A stretch of DNA of 64,000 bases from Macrostomum lignano. Taxonomy: Eukaryota. The notes under the pieces are model-generated. The model had not been told where the DNA came from, did no database searches, and saw only the letters and a program-made list of their open reading frames with translations. Below, in pieces: positions 1 through 11,271 of the stretch; within the stretch, counting starts at the first letter, position 1, and each line of letters begins with the position of its first letter. The DNA lies in assembly GCA_002269645.1 (NCBI GenBank), contig NIVC01002589.1:8783-72782 (forward strand), read 5' to 3'. A program made the translations under genes and the position numbers.

Positions 1-602
1 TCAGATGTTGGGGATTCTTCTACAACCTACGTGACGCGCTTGTGACAGTTTTCAACGGGACTTCCTTCAGTCAGCTGTTTAAACATTCGGGAATATTTGT
101 TGTATTTAAAAAATGAAACCAAAAAAGACTATAATTTTTAGACAGCAACACTGCATGAGCATGCGATATAAAAATGCGCGGGGTAACTATAGCATAACAT
201 ATTATAACTCAGCCCCTAGTTGAAGTTTATATTTGAACGCCAGCCATAAATACGCATAGATTATTTATTATCAACTGACTGCCATTAAAGCATACAATTT
301 GATGTTATAATTTTAAACGACAAAAGCGAAAATGAATTTTGACTTAATTAAATAAAAAACAGACAGGTATTAACACAGTTATTAATTCCCTAATAAGATT
401 GAGATTTAAACCAACCCTAAATATTATCATTTTAATAATCTACTGTATTAATCCAGATTAGAAAACCTCGAACATTACACAATGAGAAACACAACATAAA
501 CACAGATTAAGAAAAGGGAACCACATACGAGCGTACAGTAAAGTGAAGAGTAAAGCAAACAGTAAGTGCATCAGATCGGGGTAGCTGTTTGGGGAAATAC
601 CC

Positions 603-1012
603 AACTCCCCAGAGCAGTCAGTGGGATTAACTCCCCAAATCCCCAAAACAACCGCCCTGACACCCAATAGCAGTCAGTGGGATAAACTCCCCAAATCCCC
701 AAAACAACCGCCCTGACACTCCATAGCAGTCAGTGGGATTAACTCCCCAAATCCCCAAAACAACCGCCCTGACACTCCATAGCAGTCAGTGGGATAAACT
801 CCCCAAATCCCCAAAACAACCGCCCTGACACCCAATAGCAGTCAGTGGGATAAACTCCCCAAATCCCCAAAACAACCGCCCTGACACTCCATAGCAGTCA
901 GTGGGATAAACTCCCCAAATCCCCAAAACAACCGCCCTGACACCCCATAGCAGTCAGTGGGATAAACTCCCCAAATCTCCAAAACAACCGCCCTGACATC
1001 CCATAGCAGTCA
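603..1012. repeat. 56-bp minisatellite (~7 units) downstream of left SUMO copy
   Basis: Unit tagcagtcagtgggataaactccccaaatccccaaaacaaccgccctgacac(c/t)c(a/c)a with period 56 (e.g. 661 to 717). It is the reverse complement of the 8420-9205 array. Confidence 0.95.
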
Positions 1013-1040
1013 CCGAGAATGAGTCGCACAGCCCAGCTGC

Positions 1041-1307
1041 TCACACGCAGCCGCCGACCTGAGACTGGAACACCTCAATCGTGTCATTCTCCTCCATGTC
1101 CAACGTGGCCGGGGTGTCCGACTCCTCCACGTTGTTTCCGTCGAAGATGAAGCGGACGGTCTGTGCCCGAAGGCCCAGCCTATCGCAGTAAGTGGTCATC
1201 AGCTTCCTCAGCGGGGTGTTCTTCTTGATCTTGAAGTGGATCACGGCCCCGTCCTGGCCCTGCACCTTCAGGTTGATGTGCTCGCTGGAGGCGTTGGTTC
1301 CCGACAT
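1041..1307 (-). CDS. SUMO: Small ubiquitin-like modifier (SUMO), intronless, 88 aa
   Basis: [28 protein letters not shown]...RF.FDG...DTP..LDME.ND.IEVFQ.Q.GG matches the SUMO/Smt3 pattern. C-terminal diglycine is followed by a CV extension. Confidence 0.96.
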   Translation of the reverse strand: MSGTNASSEHINLKVQGQDGAVIHFKIKKNTPLRKLMTTYCDRLGLRAQTVRFIFDGNNVEESDTPATLDMEENDTIEVFQSQVGGCV

Positions 1308-1319
1308 GCTGGCTGCTGA

Positions 1320-1712
1320 TTAGTGCTCAAGTGAGAGCTCACTGGCATGCAGAGAAGCGAGTGGGTGAGGAGTGAGCCACTCAGTGCTGAGTAGTGCTCA
1401 AGTGAGAGCTCACTGGCTGAAAGAGAAGCGAGTGGGTGAGGAGTGAGCAACTCAGTGCTGAGTAGTGCTCAAGTGAGAGCTCACTGGCTGAAAGAGAAGC
1501 GAGTGGGTGAGGAGTGAGCAACTCAGTGCTGAGTAGTGCTCAAGTGAGAGCTCACTGGCTGAAAGAGAAGCGAGTGGGTGAGGAGTGAGCCACTCAGTGC
1601 TGAGTAGTGCTCAAGTGAGAGCTGGCTGGCTGAAAGAGAAGCAAGTGGGTGAGGAGTGAGCAACTCAGTGCTAAGTAGTGCTCAAGTGAGAGCTCGCTGG
1701 TTGAAAGAGAAG
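1320..1712. repeat. 71-bp minisatellite (~5.5 units) upstream of left SUMO copy
   Basis: Reverse complement of the 7327-8110 array. Confidence 0.95.
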
Positions 1713-3107
1713 CTAATAAAAGAAGGCAGTGCTTATTTAGCCAGCAGTCTAGCTTCAAAGTTAGTCAGAAGAATCTAAAACTTGACTTACTCTTTGAAAA
1801 ATTAATGACAAAACAAACATTTTGGAAGTCTAGACATTGTTTTATTGCAATTTTGGTGTAGATATTTACACTAGTAGAAACTACTAAATCTTGCAAATTT
1901 AAATAGCTATCATAACTTTCCTTCATATTCATAAAGCTGTGCTAAAGCTCAAGGTAATTACGACAATTTGATAGATACCAGTATATTAATATTTAATGTT
2001 TCATTCTTTGCCTTTCAGACATGCTAACTAGAGAATTAAAACCCTGTGGTCACATCAATCAAATACTTCTAAATATGATGGATGATACTTTGAATGTATG
2101 AATGCACTTCCTGCTCTTTTTATATATTGACACTAATAAATAAATAAAACAGTATGAGGCTTTTGTGTTTGTGTATGTTCTCAATAAACCTTTATTTAAA
2201 AAGAATCTTTTGTTAAGGGGTAATCAAGCATTAGCATTGAAATGAAAAAAAACAAACTTTTAAATTCCTTATTCCATTTAAAAAGAAAAATAATGGAAGT
2301 TTTATAAAAACATTTGATTTGCTTTTTCTTACATTTAGTCCCTAAAGTTTGATATTAGGATATCTTAATATCCTAAGCCTAAACTCAAAGGAACATATAG
2401 CCCATAGTTTTCTGCATAAGAAACTAGGTACAGTCACCTTTTTGGCTCTTTAACAATTGCTTGTCTAGTATAGTCTAGTAATGTCTAGTATATATATCAC
2501 AAATAAATTTGTTTGTAGGGAGTCAATTTTTGGCATATTGTGTAATGGATTTGAGTGTAGAGCCATGACCTTCTGATCCTGGAACACCCAGACCTAGACT
2601 AAGAGAAAATCTAAATAGATGAAAGCTATAAAAGAAAGATACAAAATACAAAAGTGCCATAAGGCCACTCAGGTCAATAGTATAGACATAATATACTAAA
2701 TCTTACACTACTAAGTCTATATACTACTAGTATAAAGATTGTTTAAAAAGTCTGATCAAACATGAATATCTTTTTTGAGTCACTACTTTGTCTTGAAACT
2801 TTATACCATAGACAAATATCATACCATTGTGATAGGAAACAGATTTAATGATACAAAATTGTTCAGTTTAGTTATATTTATTAGTTTAATTAATTTTTTT
2901 TATTATAACCATATGGCTTTTATAAACCTGTATCTCAGTAAGTTTCAACTGATTATCCCCAATCATTGCTTGCAATGACTAGATGGCTAGACATTCACCT
3001 GCACTAATCTTCATTGTGCACCCAAGGCCTATTAGGCCATTAGGCCCAAGAGCTCTATAATATGAATATTACATTTTTGTTTTTGAACAATTTTATGTTG
3101 TTAAATG

Positions 3108-3746
3108 GGGAACTGATCAAAAGGGTAATAGATCAAAGAGGCAATAGTTAAAAGGGTGATAGTCAAAAGGGCAACAGTCTAAAGGGTGATAAACTGACAA
3201 TCATAACAGTTACATGTCCACATATTAGACTTGCATATATTTGTCAAAATGTACATCTTATAGTTGTATTGGCATTATATATGCATGTATAGTAATGCAC
3301 CAAGGACTACTCAGGTATCAAAGAATGGAAAACCCCATTTCTTAGAAAATTTTACAAGGCAGTTTTTCTAAAAATATATATAATGGATATAGAAATTTTT
3401 CATTTTTCAGCATAGAAAATTGTTATTGCTTTTAGTCTAGACTTAATGAGTCAATGCTCATCTTTTGATGTGTTCTACCTTTTTTATAGGTCTATTGATA
3501 TTCATAAAGCTTTTCACTAGTTAGCTAGGAATCATAAAATAGATTGCAAAGTTAACAAATATGCAGGCACAAGTCTAGGCCTAATTTTAACACGTACATT
3601 AACAAATATATTTTGAACACAGAAGTCTAATACATGTGAACTTATAATTGTGTATATTATGATTGTTGTCCTTTTGATTGTTGCCCTTTTGACTATCACC
3701 TTTCTGACTGTCGCCTTTTTGATCTGTTGCCTTTTTGACCTGCAGC
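3108..3746. mobile_element. Non-autonomous Mutator/foldback-like element with sub-repeated terminal inverted repeats
   Basis: ~15-16-bp subrepeats at 3113-3190 (gatagtcaaaagggcaac-type) mirror those at 3661-3740 (gttgcccttttgactatc-type). Candidate 9-bp TSD tgttaaatg (3099-3107) / tattaaatg (3747-3755), 1 mismatch. Superfamily assignment is inferred from TSD length. Confidence 0.55.
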
Positions 3747-4276
3747 TATTAAATGTATATTATACTCGTATCATAGTAAAAACATTTTGGTATTCATTTA
3801 AGTAGAAAAAGAATTAAATATACACTTTTAGGCTCTTATATAAGGGCTATCAGAAAAGTTTTGCTTATTGACTAATATATTTTTGTAAGTTACATAACAA
3901 AATATGGCTAAGCCCAGGCCACTGCCTAGGATATAAAGTGTCTATTACAAAAAATTTGGCTTTAAATCTGGACACCAGAAGAAGCTTCATAGCAGAAAAT
4001 TTGCAAGTCCTATTATGAACACCTCCATTTTGCAAAAAAGCTTCTCTAAAGAAGACAAATGAACCATCATCAAGTTCCATGCCTTGCTTGGACTGTCTCC
4101 AATAGAGACACATGCAATAATGCATTAAGCCATGGCAGGCTCTTGCCCATCATATGACACTGTTCCTTGCTAGATAGCAATTTTTTTTATTAGCATAGAG
4201 GACATGTAAGATGAACCTTGAAATGGAAAGCCCTGTTTGACATGAACAATGGGAATATAACATTTGCTTATGGGAA

Positions 4277-4617
4277 GTTTGCTTGCAGAATTTTGCTTGC
4301 TCAACTTTGCTTGTTGAATTTTGTTTGCCAAACTTTGCTTGCCAAACATTGCATGCCACACTTTGCTTGCTGAACTTTGCTTGCAGGAAATTTGCTTGTA
4401 GGAATTTTGCTTGCCATGCCACTGGAATTTTGATGTCTGCTTCCTAGAAATTTGCAATCATAATTGCAGAAATAGAAGAGCTCAAAAATAGGTCCTTTAA
4501 GGTTACGCAAGAAAACTGTAGCTGGCAAACCTTGGCAAGCAAAGTTTGGCAATCAAAGTTCCTGCTGGCAAACTTTGACAAGCTTATATGCAGCAAGCAA
4601 ATTTCTTGCAAGCAAAC
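4277..4617. repeat. Foldback-like inverted pair of ~15-bp subrepeat arrays (aactttgcttgc / gcaagcaaagtt)
   Basis: Left arm 4277-4415 and right arm 4522-4617 are reverse complements; outer 11-mers gtttgcttgca / tgcaagcaaac. No TSD found. Confidence 0.5.
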
Positions 4618-5038
4618 AGACAGAAAGTCTGTAAAATAAGTCATCCGGGTCCATAAAATAGCAAATATGAAAATTATATTGGTCTGGGTCCAAGTCCAGA
4701 TCTGAGTTTTTAAATTTGATATAACCCTGCTTTATCTTCAAATAAATAAATAAATGGCTATTTAAAATACTATTAAATTTTCAATAGGCCCTACCTAAAA
4801 AACGCAGTCTTAGATTAGGCCTAAAATGCAATAGGGACTAGATAAAAACATTTTTTTGCCATTTTTGCTATAACCAATGCCTTTCATATTTAGACTAGGG
4901 GGGCCTAGTCTCGACTCTCTAGACTTTAGGCAGTGTAACCCTATCTAAGTGTGATTCTTGTTTAAACCTAATTTAAAAAACCTAACCTTAAAGTTTAAAT
5001 ATTGTGGGAAAATTTAAAACCATCAGCAGCATAACATA

Positions 5039-5298
5039 GGGCCTTTTCATATTGCTTGTTCTGGTTCCAGAACCAGAACCAATTTGTGAAGTATAACTTT
5101 TTGTCTCCATAACTAGAGGGAGATACGTGCTATAAAGTTTTTATTATTGAATGACAATCGCCAAGAAGAAAGTGAAAAATTGTGCTAAGTTAGGTTGTTA
5201 AGGCAGTCAAATATTAACAGAGTTTAATAGTTATACTGCTGTTTTTCTTGGAATTCCGAACCGATTCTGGTTCTGGAATTGGTAATATGAAAAGGCCC
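5039..5298. mobile_element. MITE, PIF/Harbinger-like
   Basis: Perfect 15-bp TIR GGGCCTTTTCATATT (5039-5053) / AATATGAAAAGGCCC (5284-5298), flanked on both sides by ATA (3-bp TSD). Confidence 0.7.
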
Positions 5299-5688
5299 AT
5301 AAAAGCGAAACAATACGCAACTACGCGTACGTTCGTTTTAAATTTTTCTTGAAAATATTCATTTTTCGACGGAATTTTTAGTATGTATACGAATCATGAA
5401 TTTAAATAAAAATAACTAAAAAGTATTACATTAACTACTGTTACTGAAATGACAAGCTCATAAAGTCTTTCATTTTTATTAAAGGTGTAATGTGTCCTTC
5501 AATATTTCTTTTGTGTATTAAATTTGCTTTCTTTGAAAATATGCTGTATTTTCATTGCGCTGATTTGTTGCAATTGTTGGTTTGCTGTTCATAATTGCTT
5601 CCTACCCCAGTCAATATAATAAAGGACACTAAATTATATTTGCAAAACTAGAGCTACACAACCTACAGTGTTGCTGCTGTTGGTTTGG

Positions 5689-5722
5689 GCCAATAGACTA
5701 TTTGGCCAGCAGCCAATAGACT
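5689..5722. promoter_or_regulatory. Paired CCAAT boxes near the middle of the SUMO-SUMO spacer
   Basis: GCCAATAGACT is repeated at 5689 and 5712, inside a locally CpG-containing patch (about 5300-5900). Function is inferred. Confidence 0.3.
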
Positions 5723-6890
5723 TACCACGGCCCACAACTCAATAGGCCTAAGCAATCCATACAAATCAATTATGGCGATCCTTCGGTTTACGATCACCTT
5801 ATATTTTACTCGTTGTAAGACAAAAATCGACAGTAGTTTCAAATGATCGAAAAGGTTTTCAAATGTCAAATGTTTTCAAACATTGATTCGCTAGTAGCTT
5901 ATTTATCACTTTCGCTTTACAAACACCCAAACTTACGTTTCTCATTAAATGATTGTAAACCGAAGTTGGCTGTAAAAAAAAGCATGTCAAATAGTCACAA
6001 AAAACTGCTTATTCCAGATCAAGGGCATCAAAATATAAAATTTTGAGACCATTGTACTGTGGCTTCTGATTCCACGTTATACATTGCCTGTAAACTCCTA
6101 AATGGAAGCATAATGGAAATGGAAGCTGTTACCCTTACTCAAATTAATTTTTTGTGCCACACCTCCCTCTCACTTTTAGTTTACAATCACTTCTACTCAT
6201 ATGCTCCATTTAAATGATCACAAACCAAAGCTGGCATCTATTATGACTATAGTATAAGAAAACCTAGTAAAGTGTTTATTGTCATTTGACAATGTTAAAC
6301 TAAATAGAAACTGCAATTTTAAAAGAAAATAATTAAAAGTATAAAAAAAATTATTTCTAAAATTAATAATAATAAAAGTAAAAGTAAAATTTTCTTATAA
6401 AAGTATATAAGAAAGTTGCTAGGCCTATGCAATACTATTTCCTTTTGTTCTATATTTGATAAGTTTCATAGGTTAGTACATTTTTTTCTTTATAAGTGGC
6501 TAAAGATTTCTATTGGTTTCTTATAGGTTTGATATTTAAAAATTATATAATCATGGCTTTCTTTCTATGAATATTATTCTATTTTAAATATTTTTTTGTA
6601 CTTAATATCCAGTTAGTTATCACAACAACAAAAAAAATTATTGTTATTAGCTAAAAAATACATTTATAACTATCAGAAAGCTAGGTCTGCATATTATAGC
6701 ATGTATAAATTATAAAATTAAAAACATTAAATCATTATTCTTATACATAAACATTTTTTTAATATATTAGCTATTATTGCCTTTGGTTAAAAATCATATT
6801 TTTTGGCATCATAAATTGATAATATGAATATTTTAAGTGCTACTCTAGTTTTTAATAAATTATCTAATAGTCAAGTTAATAAGACTATAC

Positions 6891-7143
6891 CATATATGCA
6901 CAACCCCCCTGATTTACACTGGCCATGCAACTTATGCAACTTACCTGTAAAAGAAACCTAATGCAATTTTGGGTAAACAGCAGGAGTAACTATGAATGTC
7001 TTAAAAGGGCTAAATGCCTCATCATCTATTTAGTACTACGTCTACAGTATTCTTTAGGCTGGGCATTTTTGCAACTTACCCCTGGTCTACCACAATTTAC
7101 GGTGGCCAGATTGGCCAGGTCGGCCAGCAGTTGCGCATGTATG
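6891..7143. mobile_element. MITE, hAT-like
   Basis: 14-bp TIR CATATATGCACAAC / GTTGCGCATGTATG (2 mismatches) with a perfect 8-bp TSD GACTATAC (6883-6890, 7144-7151). An 8-bp TSD with CA..TG ends is typical of hAT. Confidence 0.75.
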
Positions 7144-7326
7144 GACTATACTAGCATTGATTTTATTTAATTTTAATGGTAAAGCAAGTTTATAAAACAA
7201 ATTCAAGAAAATGATTTGTTTAATTTTTTGCAGATAATAATAATATAAATCAGATATAATAATGCCTATCTTTTGAGAAAAAAACCATTTTTCATTTGTT
7301 TTTAGCTAGTCAGCTCTTACTTAAAT

Positions 7327-8110
7327 ACTACTCAGCACTGAGTTGCTCACTCCTCACCCACTTGCTTCTCTTTCAGCCAGTGAGCTCTCACTTAAGCACT
7401 ACTCAGCACTGAGTTGCTCACTCCTCACCCACTCGCTTCTCTTTCAGCCAGTGAGCTCTCACTTAAGCACTACTCAGCACTGAGTTGCTCACTCCTCACC
7501 CACTCGCTTCTCTTTCAGCCAGTGAGCTCTCACTTGAGCACTACTCAGCACTGATTTGCTCACTCCTCACCCACTCGCTTCTCTTTCAGCCAGTGAGCTC
7601 TCACTTGAGCACTACTCAGCACTGAGTTGCTCACTCCTCACCCACTCGCTTCTCTTTCAGCCAGTGAGCTCTCACTTGAGCACTACTCAGCACTGAGTTG
7701 CTCACTCCTCACCCACTCGCTTCTCTTTCAGCCAGCAAGCTCTCACTTGAGCACTACTCAGCACTGAGTTGCTCACTCCTCACCCACTCGCTTCTCTTTC
7801 AGCCAGTGAGCTCTCACTTAAGCACTACTCAGCACTGAGTTGCTCACTCCTCACCCACTCGCTTCTCTTTCAGCCAGTGAGCTCTCACTTGAGCACTACT
7901 CAGCACTGAGTTGCTCACTCCTCACCCACTCGCTTCTCTTTCAGCCAGTGAGCTCTCACTTGAGCACTACTCAGCACTGAGTTGCTCACTCCTCACCCAC
8001 TCGCTTCTCTTTCAGCCAGTGAGCTCTCACTTGAGCACTACTCAGCACTGAGTTGCTCACTCCTCACCCACTCGCTTCTCTTCATGCCAGTGAGCTCTCA
8101 CTTGAGCACT
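7327..8110. repeat. 71-bp minisatellite (~11 units) directly upstream of right SUMO copy
   Basis: Unit ctcagcactgagttgctcactcctcacccactcgcttctctttcagccagtgagctctcacttgagcacta, period 71 (7981 to 8052). Confidence 0.97.
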
Positions 8111-8124
8111 AATCAGCAGCCAGC

Positions 8125-8391
8125 ATGTCGGGAACCAACGCCTCCAGCGAGCACATCAACCTGAAGGTGCAGGGCCAGGACGGGGCCGTGATCCACTTCA
8201 AGATCAAGAAGAACACCCCGCTGAGGAAGCTGATGACCACTTACTGCGATAGGCTGGGCCTTCGGGCACAGACCGTCCGCTTCATCTTCGACGGAAACAA
8301 CGTGGAGGAGTCGGACACCCCGGCCACGTTGGACATGGAGGAGAATGACACGATTGAAGTGTTCCAGTCTCAGGTCGGCGGCTGCGTGTGA
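8125..8391 (+). CDS. SUMO: SUMO, intronless, 88 aa; protein identical to the left copy
   Basis: Same protein as 1041-1307. By eye there is one synonymous difference in 267 nt (Glu GAA vs GAG). Confidence 0.96.
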   Translation: MSGTNASSEHINLKVQGQDGAVIHFKIKKNTPLRKLMTTYCDRLGLRAQTVRFIFDGNNVEESDTPATLDMEENDTIEVFQSQVGGCV

Positions 8392-8419
8392 GCAGCTGGG
8401 CTGTGCGACTCATTCTCGG

Positions 8420-9205
8420 TGACTGCTATGGGATGTCAGGGCGGTTGTTTTGGGGATTTGGGGAGTTTTTCCCACTGACTGCTATGGGGTGCCAGGGCGG
8501 TTGTTTTGGGGATTTGGGGAGTTTATCCCGCTGACTGCTATTGGGTGCCAGGGCGGTTGTTTTGGGGATTTGGGGAGTTTATCCCACTGACTGCTATGGG
8601 GTGTCAGGGCGGTTGTTTTGGGGATTTGGGGAGTTTTTCCCACTGACTGCTATTGGGTGTCAGGGCGGTTGTTTTGGGGATTTGGGGAGTTTATCCCACT
8701 GACTGCTATGGGGTGTCAGGGCGGTTGTTTTGGGGATTTGGGGAGTTTTTCCCACTGACTGCTATTGGGTGTCAGGGCGGTTGTTTTGGGGATTTGGGGA
8801 GTTTATCCCACTGACTGCTATTGGGTGTCAGGGCGGTTGTTTTGGGGATTTGGGGAGTTTATCCCACTGACTGCTATTGGGTGTCAGGGCGGTTGTTTTG
8901 GGGATTTGGGGAGTTTATCCCACTGACTGCTATGGGGTGTCAGGGCGGTTGTTTTGGGGATTTGGGGAGTTTATCCCACTGACTGCTATGGGGTGCCAGG
9001 GCGGTTGTTTTGGGGATTTTAGGAGTTTATCCCGCTGACTGCTATTGGGTGCCAGGGCGGTTGTTTTGGGGATTTGGGGAGTTTATCCCACTGACTGCTA
9101 TTGGGTGTCAGGGCGGTTGTTTTGGGGATTTGGGGAGTTTATCCCACTGACTGCTATTGGGTGTCAGGGCGGTTTTTTAGGGGGGTTGGAGAGGTTATCC
9201 CACTG
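8420..9205. repeat. 56-bp G-rich minisatellite (~14 units) downstream of right SUMO copy
   Basis: Unit gactgctat(g/t)gggtgtcagggcggttgttttggggatttggggagttt(a/t)tcccact. Confidence 0.97.
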
Positions 9206-10080
9206 ATTTATGTGAATTGCTGTTACCATGTTTATGTATTTTAGCGTTAGTACAACTCATTTTTAGGATATTGGATTTTCGCAGTTAACCACAGGCTTCT
9301 ATGGGATTTTGTCTGTCTGAGAAACCTTGCTTGGATTGCCTGGTGTCCGATGCCCGATTCGAATGACCCACTGTAATAATTTTCTAACTTACCTGTTTAA
9401 ATAATAACTCACGTCATGCAATGTGCGTTCTCAGCTAGTATTGTTAATAATATACACGAGTAATAAAACCGGCGAATTACATAATACCAGCTGTGCAGTG
9501 TTCGAATAATAATGTATCTATTTTTAGCACTTGCTCGCCCCTGTCTGTCGCAGTCTCCGTCTGTCTTGTAATTCTTTATTTTATCCGTTCGCTTTTTACA
9601 TATATAATCTATCGTTTTTATGCACTTCTAAATTATTCGTAATTGTGAATAGTTATTCAGGCTTTTGAATTCGTGGGAACTTGTATCGCGTGTTACTACT
9701 GTTGTGGAGTAGCTGCTTTGGAAATATTCATACTAATTCAATACAAGAAGAAAAAATGATGTAATAATCCTAAAATATAAAGTCTCGGCTCGGTCATTCT
9801 TATTTGTACTTTTTTAACATCGACTTTGTGCAAAGAAATTCCTCTCTGCAATAAGCGTGTTTTAAGTTGTCAGTGACTTGGTGTACCCAAAATCTGTAGA
9901 AGAATCTCGGCCAATTTAAGTAGCAGGTTGCAATCGATTTCTAAGAAATGGGCAGTGATTCATTTGGATTTAGTATGCTCTCATCAAGAAAGCATATACA
10001 TCGCTTAGTGTGGTTTAGCCATAGACAAATTCGGTCGACCGGATACTCGTATATCGACTGCATGGCCACTGCATTACCTA

Positions 10081-11075
10081 AGGATCTGGGAGGCTGCTGA
10101 TTTGGGATAGCTGTGGACATATCCTGGGGATTTGGGATAGCTGTGGACACACCCTGATGATCTGGGATAGCTGTGGACACATCCTGAGGATCTGGGATAG
10201 CTGTGGACACACCCTAAGGATCTGGGATAGCTGTGGACACACCCTGAGGATCTGGGATAGCTGTGGACACACCCTGAGGATCTGGGATAGCTGTGGACAC
10301 ACCCTGAGGATCTGGGATAGCTGTGGACACACCCTGAGGATCTGGAATAGCTGTGGACACATTCTGGGGATTTGGGATAGCTGTGGAAACATCCTGGGGA
10401 TTCGGGATAGCTGTGGAAACATCCTGGGGATTTGGGATAGCTGTGGAAACATCCTGGGGATTTGGGATAGCTGTGGAAACATCCTGGGGATTTGGGATAG
10501 CTGTGGAAACATCCTGGGGATTCGGGATAGCTGTGGAAACATCCTGGGGATTTGGGATAGCTGTGGAAACATCCTGGGGATTTGGGATAGCTGTGGAAAC
10601 AACCTGGGGATTTGGGATAGCTGTGGAAACATCCTGGGGATTTGGGATAGCTGTGGAAACATCCTGGGGATTTGGGATAGCTGTGGAAACAACCTGGGGA
10701 TTTGGGATAGCTGTGGACACATCCTGGGGATTTGGGATAGCTGTGGAAACATTCTGGGGATTTGGGATAGCTGTGGACACATCCTGGGGATTTGGGATAG
10801 CTGTGGAAACAACCTGGGGATTTGGGATAGCTGTGGACACATCCTGGGGATTTGGGATAGCTGTGGACACATCCTGGGGATTTGGGATAGCTGTGGAAAC
10901 AACCTGGGGATTTGGGATAGCTGTGGACACATCCTGGGGATTTGGGATAGCTGTGGAAACAACCTGGGGATTTGGGATAGCTGTGGACACATCCTGGGGA
11001 TTTGGGATAGCTGTGGACACATCCTGGGGATTTGGGATAGGTGTGGACACACCCTGAGGAGCTGGGATAGCTGCA
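10081..11075. repeat. 30-bp minisatellite (~33 units) downstream of DTD1
   Basis: Unit ctgtgga(c/a)acatcctggggatttgggatag; the left units are the ccctgaggatctgggatag variant. Confidence 0.97.
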
Positions 11076-11271
11076 GACACAACTATAAGAATTGGGACTC
11101 AGTCGTGAAGCACGACACAAACAGAAAATTAAATAAAAATGAATAAGAAAAGCAAATTTAGATCTGCTTTACACTCACAATATTAGCTACCCATGTTACA
11201 CTTTTGAGAATTGGCAAATAGCAGCAGAATTACTAAAATATATTTCTACACTATTTAGCAATAGTCCAGCA

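Noticed and set aside
603-9205. One large transposon with SUMO-containing terminal inverted repeats
   Set aside because: No TSD or defined termini, no transposase recognised in the spacer, and the arm boundaries are ragged array ends.
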